Shown here: one piece after another, positions 21,401 through 28,912 of the stretch
How the letters are laid out: every line of letters starts with the position of its first letter
Position numbering within the stretch: the stretch's first letter is position 1
NCBI GenBank assembly: GCA_044226625.1
Contig: JBGAGQ010000041.1
Coordinates: 1 to 53,856, forward strand
Reading direction: 5' to 3'
DNA from: Thermoanaerobaculia bacterium
GTDB lineage: Bacteria; Acidobacteriota; Thermoanaerobaculia; Multivoradales; UBA5704
DNA: 53,856 nucleotides
Position numbers and translations under genes: made by a program
Notes under the pieces: generated by a model
What the model saw: the letters and a program-made list of their open reading frames with translations, nothing else
Database searches by the model: none
What the model was told of the DNA's origin: nothing

Positions 21401-24400
21401 CTTGTTCGATGCCGGAAACGTCCATCCCCTCACCATCGCCGGGTCGGTGGGCAACCGCGGTCTCGCGCTCCTCGAGAGCAATCCGCAGTCGGCCGGGGAG
21501 ATGTCGTTCCTGTCCGAGCAGTGCGCCACGTTCGACGGGTCGCGCGCCGTGGCCGGGCTCGAAACGCTGTTGGACTACGGATTCGATTTGGACGGCGACG
21601 GCACGATCGCTCCCGCCGAGCGGCGCGACTACGCGTTGCTCGCGCATCGGGTGGCGGGAGTCCTCGTCTACGACGTGACGAACCGCGCGGCGCCTCACCT
21701 CGTGGGACGCATCCGCGTCGGATCCGCCTCGGCGATCACCGCCGACCGTGGCGCGCGCCGCCTCTACGTCTCGATCGGCGCCGAAGGGATCGCGATCGTC
21801 GATTTCGATCGCCTGCCGAACCTCGATCCGCTCGACCGCAACGGCGACGGCCGGGACGACCGGATCGTCGAGACGATTCCGCTCGGACCCGTGGATTCGG
21901 GCAACACGAACGCGCCGGTCTTCGTCGCACCGGAGCTCGGCCTGGTCTTTGCCGGCGGCCAGGGGCGAGGCGTCAAGAGCATCGCGATCGGTCATCCGGC
22001 GCTCTACGCGGTCGATGCGGAATCGGGTGGCACGGGAAGCCCGATCGGTCGGCTGGTGCCGTTCGGAGTTCCGGGCGCCTCCTCCTCCGACACCGGCGCG
22101 TTTCGGTTGATCGCCTATCTGCCCGGGGTCCTCGCTTCCGCGGTGAGGTTCGACGTCGCGAGCCTCGGCGCGTCCGGTGTTTCCCTGCCGCCGCTCGGTC
22201 CGTCGACCGGGCTGTCCGGTGCGCCGAGCGTCGGCTACACGGGCTCTTCGGGCATCACATTCCGCCGCGAGAGCGATGACCCGAGAGAGGACGGCATCTC
22301 GCGTTACGTCTCCGAGCCGATCGTCGCCCTCGGCGACCTGCGCGCCTCGCGCGCTTGGAATCGCACGGCGCGGGAAAACGAAGCGTGCGTCCATTGCATA
22401 CCGCCCGTCCTGCTCCCAGCGGATGCCAAGGAGATCCTCTCCGGAGATTCGATCTCGATCCGGCCGGGCTCGACGCTCGCGACCGAGCTCGCCTCGATCT
22501 ACGGCGCCGAGCGCGCCGCCTCGTTCCGCCTCGACCTCCCTTCAACCCGTTGGGAGATGGCTCCCTCGGTGCGCCAGGAGCCTCGACTCGGAGCCAATTT
22601 CGGCGCCGGCGAAGCGGCACCCGGCACGCTGCTCGGCTCGGGCGAGGCGACGTTTACGGCGACGGATCTCTACGTCAAAGGGCGCGGGCTCGATTTCGCC
22701 TTCACCCGCACCTATCGCAGCCAGACCGCGGGGAGCGGGCCGCTGGGACCCGGTTGGGACTTCGGCTACCACGTCCGCCTGCGCGAGCTGCCCACCGGCG
22801 ACGTCGAGCTCTACGACGGCCGCCTCCGGCGCGAGCGTTTCGAGAAGGGCGCCGACGGTAGCTACCGCTCGCCGAAGGGGTTGTTCGCGGTGCTCACCAA
22901 GAGCAGCTCCGGCTTCCTGCTGATCGAGAGCGACCATTCCTTTGTTCGCTTCGACCTCTCCGGCCGGCTCACCTCGATCGCCGACGGGCTCAAGGATTCC
23001 GAGGCGACCGGCAATGAGATGCGCTTCGAGTACGACGCCGCGGGCGAGCTATCCGGCGTGGTCGACTCGCTCGACCGACGCTATGCGTTGACCTATCGCA
23101 GCGACGGCCGTTTGATCCGCGTCGCCGATTTCGACGGCCGGGTCGTCCAGTACCGTTACGACGACTTGGGCCGCCTGCAAGAGGTGGAGTTGCCGGAGGT
23201 CACTTCCGGGGTGATGCCGGGAGTGGGTGCGCGCGTAACCCGGTATTCGTATGAAACGGTGACGCCCGCGACGGCAACGGCTGCCGCTGCCGAGGATCTG
23301 GCGACCCGCTGGACGGTCGCCGACAACCTCACCCAGATTCTCGATCCGCGGAGTTTGGTGCCACTTGCTCTGACCTTTACCGACGCCGACGGCGATCAAC
23401 GCGCCGACGAGGTGACGAGCGAGCAGTGGGGGATAGGGACGGTGACCTTGGCCTACGACTTCGCCGCCAAGAAGACCATCGTCACCGACCGTCGAAGCCA
23501 TGCCACGACCTACCAGCACGACTCCGAAGGCCGAGCCGTCCGGCGTGAAGACCCGGCGAACGCCGTCTGGGCCTGGTCCTATGACGACGAAGGTCTGCCG
23601 GTCGAAGCCACTTTGCCGCTCGGCGGCAAGACTGAGTGGACGTACGGCACCCGAGCCGACCGCCGCGCCCGCGGCAACGCGACGCTGATCACCGAGACGC
23701 CCGACGAGCGCGGACCGAACGGCAGCCCGGCCACACGAACCACGGAGATCACCTACCAGGGCTGGTCGAACCGGCCGACCCGAGTCGTCGATCCGCGTGG
23801 AACGGAGACGACGATTCGGCGCCTGCCGACCGGCTTGCCGATCGAAATCCATGGCGCCGTCGGCACTCCGGACGAGACGATGACTCGGATCGCCCACAAC
23901 GAGCACGGGCAGCCGACGGAGATCGTCGATCCCAACGGACACCGGACGACGTTCGACTACTTCGACGCCGGTGTGGACCGCGGGTACCTGCAGCGCGTCC
24001 TTCGCGATCCCGCGGGATTGAGCCTGACCACTTCGTTCGATGTCGACGCCCGCGGCAACGTGGTCCGAAGGACCGATCCTCGCGGCGTCCGGACCGATTT
24101 CGCTTGGAACGAAGCGGACTGGCCCGTCTCCACGATGGTTGCCGCGTCCCCGTCGAGCGACGGTGCGCCGGCATTGCGCTACGCGACGCACTACATGCAT
24201 GACGCCATCGGCCAGCTCTTGGAAACCGAAGAGCCGGATGGTGACGACGGCAGCGGGGTGCTCAAGGTCAAGCAGCGGTTCGGACTGCTCGGCGAGTTGG
24301 AGGAGATGCGACACGAGATCGGGCCGGGCACCGAGAGCATCGTGTCGTATGACTACGACGAAAACGTCAACCGGGTGATGATCACGGCCCCGAACGGCCA

Positions 24401-27400
24401 GAAGACCCATTGGATCTACGACGAACGAGATCTGCCGCAGGCGATCACCCGCGGCTTCGGCGCGGCGGAGGCGGTGACCGAGACGCTCGGTTTCGACGCC
24501 GAAGGCGCCTTGATCCGGCGCGTCGATGGTCGATCGAAAGTTTGGCCGATCGAGTACGACGGTTACGGTCGGACGATGATCACTCGAGACCCGCTGGGGA
24601 ATGCAAGCGAGGTCACCTACGACGCGGGGGACAACCCCCTGCTGAGCATGGCGCTCGACGCCAACGGCAACATGCTCGCGGAAACCAAAGCCGAGTACGA
24701 CGCGCTGGGTCGCCGTAAGAAATCGAAGCAGATGCTCTGGGAGCCGGGTGCCACCCGCGCTGCGGCACGGGAGCTGGTGACGACCTATGACTACGACGGT
24801 GTCGGGAACTTGATGGCGATTACCGACCCGCTTGGACACGCGACGACCTATCACTACGATAGCGCCGACCGCCTGAAGATGGTGCGTGACGCCGTCGGCA
24901 ATGAACAGGAGATCGAGCTCGACGGGCAGGGCAACGCCATGCGTTTCATCCGTCGAGAGCAAGTCCCGGTGGGACCGCCGGTGACCGTGATCGAAACCGC
25001 CAAGTACGACGCGCTCGGCCGCCCGATGGAGCGGAGCGACGCCTTGGGCAACACGTGGCACACGACGTGGGATGCGCGGAGCCGCGCTCGGCGGACGACC
25101 GATCCGGAAGGGGCGACGACCATCCGCACGTACGACGGCCTCGATCGCATGGTCCTACAGGAGCGGCCGGAGGGAATCACCGAGCACTGGACCTACGACG
25201 AGAGCTCACGCCTCCGCGCCTATTCCGACGCCAGGAACCAGACGACTCGGTACGACTACGACCCGCTCAACCGTGAGATCGAGATCCGCTGGCCGGACGA
25301 CACGAGGAAGACCTTCGCTTTCGACGCGGCCCACAACGTCCGCGAGATCCGTGACCCCAACGGCAACGTCGTCGTCCAAGAACACGACGGGGCCAACCGC
25401 CTCTTGGTGCGCACCATCACCCCCGCTCCGGGTGTCGTCGGTCCTACGTCCGAGACGTACGCCTATGACGGCTTGAGCCGATTGACGTCGACAACCTCCG
25501 GTGGGCAGACGGCCGGCTTCGAGTACGACTCGCTCTCCCGCGTCGTACGGGAAACCCAGAACGGTCGCGCGGTCGAGTCGACGTACGACGACGCGGGCAA
25601 TCGTGCGGCGCTGCTCTATCCCTCGGGCCTGAAGGTCGGAACCCACTTCGACGAGCTGGATCGGCTTCGATCGGTGATGAGAATGGGTACCTCGGACACG
25701 CCGGTCGCGTCTTACGGTTATCGCGGGCAGGATCTCCTGGCGGAGCGAAATGTCGGCGGCCTCTCGGGCCGGATGGTGTTCGACGGCGCCCGGCGCCTCA
25801 CCGCGACGACCTATCAAGACCTGGCCTCGGCGACGGCCTTCGGCGAGACCCTGGGTTGGAACAAGCGCAATCAGCTCACGAGCCAGTCGCGTGCCGACCT
25901 GAACGACGCAGCGAAGCTCTACCAATACGATCCGGCCGGAAGGATCACGGGAACCCTTTCGTATCGAGGAGAATTGCCCGCCGACCCGACGGGACTCGAC
26001 GGCGAGCGTTTCCGTTACGACACCGCCGACAACCTGACCGAGCAGTCGAAGAAGGCGTTCGGGATCGACCAAGTGACGACGCTGCCCGTCGACCCCTCCG
26101 GTCGCAACCGTCCCGCTTCGATCCACGGCATTCCGCTCACCTGGGATCCAAACGGCAACCTCACCGACAAGGGCGACCTGCACTTCGAGTACGACTACCG
26201 GAATCGCCTATCTCGAGTGACCCGCAGCGGCCAGGAGGTCGCGACCTACGGCTATGACGCCTTCAACCGTCGGGTCGAGAAGTCCGTCGATGGGAGCACC
26301 CAGCTCACCTCATGGTCCGGATGGCAGGCGCTGGAGAAGTCGGAGAACGGTCAACCGACGGAACGGAGAATTTACGGCAACGGCATCGACGAGCTGGTTC
26401 AGCTAGAGAAGGTCGAAGCCGGAGTGAGCCTGACCTACGCGCCGGTCTACGACGCGAAGGGAAACCTCGCCCTGCTGACCGATGCGAACGGCAAAATCGT
26501 CGAGCGGGCCAATACCTCTACCTACGGCCAGACCACCTGGTCCGCGGACTCGACAGCGCCGACGATCACGCAGTTGCGGCTCCGGAGCGGAACGCTGGAG
26601 CTCCGGACGAGCGAGGAGGTACGCCTTGCGGCACTCCTGTCGGCGCTCACGAGCGGCAAGGCCACCCTCGTCGAGACGGGGACGAATCACCTAATCCAGG
26701 TACTTGCGACGCAGCCTCCGGGCATCACCCGGACCCGTCTGGCGCTGACGCCCTCGACCGCGATTTCGCCCGGCACCGAGCTGCGCCTGCGCATGGAGCC
26801 GGAAGCGATCGAAGATCTCTTCGGCCATTCGCTCGATGAGCCTTTCGAGCAGACACTTACCTGGCAATCCACCGCCGACACCGTCCTTGCGGACACGGCA
26901 GCGCCCGAGATATCGCACGTCCTGTTGCGCGGCGCGAGCTTGGAAGTTGGCTTCAGCGAGCCGCTGGACGCCGCGGGTGTCGCCGCCGCGATCCTCGTGG
27001 ACGGCCAAGCACAGACCTGGACCGCAGGAAGCGACGGCGAAGTCTGGACCGCCGCCAATGTGCCGGACGGAGACCATACCCTGACCATTGGCGCCTCGCC
27101 GCTCGATCTTTCGGGTAAGCCCCTCGCGGAGGAATTCGAGAAGCCCTTCCGGATCGAGGCGAGCCATCCCGACCAGATCGTCTACCGGAGGCCCGATTCC
27201 TCGGAGCTTCCGACGTCGGCGACCGGTGCCGTGCTTACCTTCCAGGGCTTGGAGCTCGATCCCGAGACGGGCTTGCTCTACGTGCGCAACCGGTACTTCG
27301 ATCCCGAGCTGGGGCGCTTCATCACGGCCGATCCGTTGGGGTATCCGGACGGCCCGAGCGGGTATGGGTTTGGGGCCGGGGATGCCGTGAATGGTCGGGA

Positions 27401-28259
27401 CCCGATGGGGCTACAGGAAGGGGCGGAGATTCGGCAACGTCAAAAAGATGCAAATCACCTCGGGTTTGATCCGCTTCACGGTCAAGAATCAGCAGAGGCT
27501 ATTCGGCGGACGCTATCCGACCCGTACACTCAAGGTCTTCTTCAAGTCCTGGGCGGTTGTTCCGAAGCCACTCTTGGGGCGATATCGGCGGCAGGTTCCG
27601 CTGGAGCAGCTGCGATTCCCGGACTATTTGCGATGATGCATGGTTCCGACACCTGCGCTGCGGGCTTGAAAACGCTTTACTACGGTCAGTCGAACGACAC
27701 AATCACTGAAGAGGGTCTTGAGAGGGCTCTAATTTATTCTGGCGTTCCTCCAGGGCGGGCGAGATATCTGGCTCAGCTTGGAGACGGCCTTCTAGGGGCG
27801 TTGAACTCGGCGTACGCATCCCGAGCGTTGATGCCGGAGTTTACGGTTCTTCCGCCGCCGACGCCGATGACCAACGAGGAGATACTGGATCTCGGGAAGG
27901 GACCGTTGGCGCCTGAAGCGGCGGCGAATCTAGGGGCTAGCATGGAAAGCAAGCCGCTTGCGCTTGGCATCGATGCTCACCTGGACGCCTTCGCAAGGGC
28001 GAGGGGAGCTTCCACTTGGAAGGAATTCTCAGACAGCACAAATTGGCGATCTGGAGTCCTGGATGCTCTTGCCGATAATGGTCGGACAGTCTATTTCAAT
28101 TTGGACGGCGTAGATGTCTGGGAGGGTTTGCAACGCGCTGCCTCCGGCAGGGGAGGCGCCACCGACTGGGAGCTTCTGATGATCAAGCAGAATCCGCAGT
28201 TCTGGGATAAGCTGATCTTCTGGAAAGACGGTTCGCCAGTCCCGAATCCATTTCAGTAG
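12498..28259 (+). CDS. Giant Rhs/YD-repeat polymorphic toxin (5253 aa) with Ig-like stalk, LVIVD-like propeller, DUF6531-like domain, Rhs core and C-terminal toxin CT1
   Basis: Signal peptide; many DTTAP...ATDAAGN Ig repeats; LVIVD-like repeats; GEATFTATDL..KGRGLDFAFTRTYRSQ..GPLGPGW; YD repeats; core DPETGLLYVRNRYFDPELGRFITADPLGYPDG...NGRDPMGL ending at 27413; lower-GC variable tip after it. Confidence 0.95.
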   Translation: MRIPMPSLRTLRSFAWGLSLLLSVSAARAVGTPVYSEPFETYGAPGEPPGWFDSSPGHPGNEAPGQFKVWNDPTLAGNHAFGHKGASESYSHYRARTFAAADGFRFEGRLLRTKSKAHLGVTFLSDFPVRDEHYRLALTNDNGTVRLEGRGSGSANGDTESDVSLSLNVWYRFVVEVAKEGSLQRIRAKVWKQGQGEPAAWQIDATDSSGERPTGWIGVWAEGSGEKYWDDLNVSSSAAVDQDPPSIQITEGGSVLVDGALFARSVVPTIQVVDASPVTSSATLDAQLFASGTAVSAEGSHTLVVSATDAAGNSATKTVHFTIDTTAPVFVSILPPNGSLTRDPSVVLSGQVTGAATLSIDGAPTALSGTSFSSAVLPLADGVRTIPLVAADAAGNSTTFLYRIERDSLAPQISIASPASPVVGSAPIEVSGTATDAHLASVSVGGAAATLSGSTFSRAGVPLVEGGNSIAVQATDAAGNVANLSISVVLDTQPPVVTITEEEPGQPAQPLVDGSRFHRDVTPRFTATDATELSVVARLDGVAFVSGSTVSEEGPHEVSVEALDAAGHRTARLLRFEIDRTPPEISGLDPEEGSLLRTSPVVIHGRAAAAASVSVGGRPATLSGELFTSAPIDLSDGANTLAIAAEDAAGNRTLATLHLILDTAPPALSIDEPAEAAVLGASPITVAGSASDPHLEGVRVGGIEAVLAAGTYRRDGVPLAAGANTLVVEARDGAGNTTRLERHVVLDADPPVVRLLVAGAELLDGARFAQAISVAIEVEDATATTVEARLDGTPYASGAAIGTDGVHTLSVVATDAAGHRTARAVEFSIDASAPVFGAVAPEDGTILSAAQVSISGRVTDATSVEVDGAAATLQGNDFTAGPFALVEGARTFHLVALDEAGNRAETTLTVVRDATAPVVTISTPAPDALIGTTSISVTGTTTDPHLQSVAVNGVAATLASGGSSFTAAQVPLVEGDNELVARALDRAGNAAEARRSVTLDTTAPEIAILDPAAGTVVAADSIEVSGSVSDAHLDRVTVGGVAAVVTSGSFRATVALVEGRQTLTATAVDRIGHSAEATVSVERRSTAPRIEIDSPAEGFRTSAGSIAVAGTVEEREGLVVTVAGLPATLSAGRFTVAQIPLVEGENRLIARARDPLGNEGVHTRVVVRDTEAPRFVQSDPADGALAIPAGSALLLTFSEELAVPAASSIRLSSGGAELGVGLELTGETLVVRPSSSLPAGASVSLEATAAIRDLAGNPLANPTTLTFHVADRVLPAAPVLSPQPPAALCAEVVTLTGSAEPGLALLVEGGAGSVSGRADDQGAFSLAVPLAPNALNRLRLYALDASGERSSPAVADLYADCVAPAVVSAERLADAFAVGFSEEIAAASATGSVGLLGAGGPIEGSIELAPDGRSLRFVPAVPVAETAPVRLTVETSIRDLAGNALPSPFVRRFGGEAGESFFAGTALDAGVGRPLAGVLVVVEATDGLPLDLPLEQTTLADGRFQLAVPVGAHRVRFSREGYTPVFRTVATDSTAGVDVFDPRLSPGAPTVTVASPGGRATGSEGAYLDVPAGALAETAAFSVTALSEQALPAVLPLGWSPRGAAWIEVGSSLSQPATLHLPVEAPNGVELVIAALDAATLTWRVVGSAQVSSGAVAISVSRGGGYAALDADRGATAPPAPVPGTPLGASTPGGEVASASVAFDPEQVLPGQRSEATVGYDLGTDPAALPSGTPLTLEVREELRLLGGDVRREPPFLADLSIYRTSDGAPRSKFFLRPSEAAELLPIELGRDDVTVDRYGSGGAGGNVVGPGGGSVTSTEGDRLDIPAGALDAATVVTVSRRTIAELPLALPAGLAPGDVLGIVQLNLGGRTLHLSAALSLALGSAPPSGEDGLLLSAVDRGRGVVLEAVAHLLPTAEGWTTAPIDPLDLPFDGVRRGGFYLFVRTPPLGFFRGTCFGTNGVARGGIEVSVRDSGVRPWLQASVEPNGRYVLPAVVGANTVLARDPATATGGDSVEVSTAIPTAGARVNLDLQLQVIGPRLVSTTPVDGATGVPPGIEPTATFSEAVAPTSLSGAIRLTEIAADGTERTLDAAIEAQGALVRVVPAATLAPETLHELSVGTGVLDLEGNALENAAAIRFTTAEAAPENGALDLTKVSLLEPDASGMARVEGAPGAVPAHTLVVVENATSLVSVPSAEAAADGSFALEVAATVRDTLLLHVLQPGANELVVELGPFLHRDRRGALVGPRGGRFTTVDGYAVGVAGGTFADLTRVRLAPLPTGSEAPALPDWLANGADFTLDFGGATATKPLEIALPRPAGATGDGPFLLLRRIDLDGDRAWMLHDLLRVDGSRLTTTEAPAGQAAPLAVATLTGADAPGGGVVGNAGQNPKAYLPGAAFAGTYRIAAPTVPLAFVAASYPPGGGVSFAFGEDEGIGAAITAAIARLLPGNAILLPVRLGRPVHLVIRDLSSGVLRFDGELGAPPVAGEVTVLPIDALGDQRAPWPVGGSPLRFFALTAAAGDAEILPGVMVRFLGGQLSVSAQDGALPAGIQARLMGIDDGAVSVADSSPEGSLALSVPAVLGRRYVLGLGAKIATNEAIEVRWSEALSADLDGITVLDADGRDVAPTKTVLDVGDTVRLAPESAWQAGGTYTLHLGPPVTDAAGNRWNRSFDLRFTVGSSEVLDTFDLASVREIARLGNWLFVAADADGLVVLDAADPRHLRNAVAPAFAFELPYRDPVRAVAIDAHNRILIAGGGVQGFGQLKVLDPLRFDPAAIAAHPDDPEVRFAAFRGTALISDPLQPDVGTQLPEGAPRKIAILSNDVTDRWEAGSAAPHPLSATLEAIGTEGLATLSVFGDDAAPHAPVTLRSGGRWARVLADESGHFVVDLPVRRGDEVEIKRNQNTLAYVATLGAGIEVVDVNAIFDRPEPTSPRASDLLGVYSGEHDPSLVLCGEGVSDLGSALLDLDGLFDAGNVHPLTIAGSVGNRGLALLESNPQSAGEMSFLSEQCATFDGSRAVAGLETLLDYGFDLDGDGTIAPAERRDYALLAHRVAGVLVYDVTNRAAPHLVGRIRVGSASAITADRGARRLYVSIGAEGIAIVDFDRLPNLDPLDRNGDGRDDRIVETIPLGPVDSGNTNAPVFVAPELGLVFAGGQGRGVKSIAIGHPALYAVDAESGGTGSPIGRLVPFGVPGASSSDTGAFRLIAYLPGVLASAVRFDVASLGASGVSLPPLGPSTGLSGAPSVGYTGSSGITFRRESDDPREDGISRYVSEPIVALGDLRASRAWNRTARENEACVHCIPPVLLPADAKEILSGDSISIRPGSTLATELASIYGAERAASFRLDLPSTRWEMAPSVRQEPRLGANFGAGEAAPGTLLGSGEATFTATDLYVKGRGLDFAFTRTYRSQTAGSGPLGPGWDFGYHVRLRELPTGDVELYDGRLRRERFEKGADGSYRSPKGLFAVLTKSSSGFLLIESDHSFVRFDLSGRLTSIADGLKDSEATGNEMRFEYDAAGELSGVVDSLDRRYALTYRSDGRLIRVADFDGRVVQYRYDDLGRLQEVELPEVTSGVMPGVGARVTRYSYETVTPATATAAAAEDLATRWTVADNLTQILDPRSLVPLALTFTDADGDQRADEVTSEQWGIGTVTLAYDFAAKKTIVTDRRSHATTYQHDSEGRAVRREDPANAVWAWSYDDEGLPVEATLPLGGKTEWTYGTRADRRARGNATLITETPDERGPNGSPATRTTEITYQGWSNRPTRVVDPRGTETTIRRLPTGLPIEIHGAVGTPDETMTRIAHNEHGQPTEIVDPNGHRTTFDYFDAGVDRGYLQRVLRDPAGLSLTTSFDVDARGNVVRRTDPRGVRTDFAWNEADWPVSTMVAASPSSDGAPALRYATHYMHDAIGQLLETEEPDGDDGSGVLKVKQRFGLLGELEEMRHEIGPGTESIVSYDYDENVNRVMITAPNGQKTHWIYDERDLPQAITRGFGAAEAVTETLGFDAEGALIRRVDGRSKVWPIEYDGYGRTMITRDPLGNASEVTYDAGDNPLLSMALDANGNMLAETKAEYDALGRRKKSKQMLWEPGATRAAARELVTTYDYDGVGNLMAITDPLGHATTYHYDSADRLKMVRDAVGNEQEIELDGQGNAMRFIRREQVPVGPPVTVIETAKYDALGRPMERSDALGNTWHTTWDARSRARRTTDPEGATTIRTYDGLDRMVLQERPEGITEHWTYDESSRLRAYSDARNQTTRYDYDPLNREIEIRWPDDTRKTFAFDAAHNVREIRDPNGNVVVQEHDGANRLLVRTITPAPGVVGPTSETYAYDGLSRLTSTTSGGQTAGFEYDSLSRVVRETQNGRAVESTYDDAGNRAALLYPSGLKVGTHFDELDRLRSVMRMGTSDTPVASYGYRGQDLLAERNVGGLSGRMVFDGARRLTATTYQDLASATAFGETLGWNKRNQLTSQSRADLNDAAKLYQYDPAGRITGTLSYRGELPADPTGLDGERFRYDTADNLTEQSKKAFGIDQVTTLPVDPSGRNRPASIHGIPLTWDPNGNLTDKGDLHFEYDYRNRLSRVTRSGQEVATYGYDAFNRRVEKSVDGSTQLTSWSGWQALEKSENGQPTERRIYGNGIDELVQLEKVEAGVSLTYAPVYDAKGNLALLTDANGKIVERANTSTYGQTTWSADSTAPTITQLRLRSGTLELRTSEEVRLAALLSALTSGKATLVETGTNHLIQVLATQPPGITRTRLALTPSTAISPGTELRLRMEPEAIEDLFGHSLDEPFEQTLTWQSTADTVLADTAAPEISHVLLRGASLEVGFSEPLDAAGVAAAILVDGQAQTWTAGSDGEVWTAANVPDGDHTLTIGASPLDLSGKPLAEEFEKPFRIEASHPDQIVYRRPDSSELPTSATGAVLTFQGLELDPETGLLYVRNRYFDPELGRFITADPLGYPDGPSGYGFGAGDAVNGRDPMGLQEGAEIRQRQKDANHLGFDPLHGQESAEAIRRTLSDPYTQGLLQVLGGCSEATLGAISAAGSAGAAAIPGLFAMMHGSDTCAAGLKTLYYGQSNDTITEEGLERALIYSGVPPGRARYLAQLGDGLLGALNSAYASRALMPEFTVLPPPTPMTNEEILDLGKGPLAPEAAANLGASMESKPLALGIDAHLDAFARARGASTWKEFSDSTNWRSGVLDALADNGRTVYFNLDGVDVWEGLQRAASGRGGATDWELLMIKQNPQFWDKLIFWKDGSPVPNPFQ

Positions 28260-28267
28260 GAATTTTT

Positions 28268-28612
28268 ATGACGAAAGACAGTCTGGCTACCCGAACATTT
28301 CAGCTATGGGAGTACCGTGTCAGCCACGGTTCCCTCCTGATTCGTAGCCCTAGAGTTCAGGGCGTAAAAACGAACCTGGACATTGTCTTCTTGGGGGTCG
28401 AGTACTTGGCCCTACCGCGATACCTTCACGGTGTTGAGATCGTGGAAGCACTGCCTGACGAGCTGGCAAGGCTGGGAGAGATTTTGGGAGAGCGGATGTC
28501 GGAATTGCTCGTCCGTGTTCTTGTTTCGTCAGGGCAACGGCATCCGATAGTGGCTGCCTTTGTTCGATTAGATGAAAACGAAAACGAAATATTTGATAGT
28601 CCTTTCACGTAG
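28268..28612 (+). CDS. Putative immunity protein for CT1
   Basis: 114-aa lower-GC ORF starting 8 bp after the toxin stop; N-terminal RTFQLWEYRVSHGSLLIRS. Confidence 0.8.
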   Translation: MTKDSLATRTFQLWEYRVSHGSLLIRSPRVQGVKTNLDIVFLGVEYLALPRYLHGVEIVEALPDELARLGEILGERMSELLVRVLVSSGQRHPIVAAFVRLDENENEIFDSPFT

Positions 28613-28615
28613 TAC

Positions 28616-28873
28616 GGTATCCCGTCCACCTGTCCGCCGAGGTTCCTCGGTGCCCCGCAGGCTGAGTTTTGGCGGCTTCCGCGCTCGTTCGGTGTCCCGT
28701 CCACCTGTCCGCCGAGCCTCCCCGCTGTTCCTGGGGGCTGATTTTGGTGGCTTGTCCGCTCGTTCGGGCTCCCTGAACGGCCCGCCTACCGACTCCACTT
28801 TCGGCTTTTCCCCCTCCTCAGACCGTTCTACAGGTACCCGAGCCATCCGGAAGCACACCTTCTCTGTGGACGG
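28616..28873. repeat. Cassette-boundary repeat, copy 1 (short unit A + long unit B)
   Basis: GTCCACCTGTCCGCCGAG at 28624 and 28699. Unit B is bounded by inverted CCGTCCAC (28697) / GTGGACGG (28866). Confidence 0.9.
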
Positions 28874-28912
28874 TCGAGTGCTTTGTCTTCGGCGCTCCAC
28901 TTCCCTTCTTCG

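Noticed and set aside
2600-26183. Many long minus-strand and off-frame ORFs (e.g. 6392-9550, 17280-21083, also 42832-44925 and 45697-47865)
   Set aside because: Shadow ORFs typical of high-GC coding DNA; no recognisable motifs and fully overlapped by well-supported genes.
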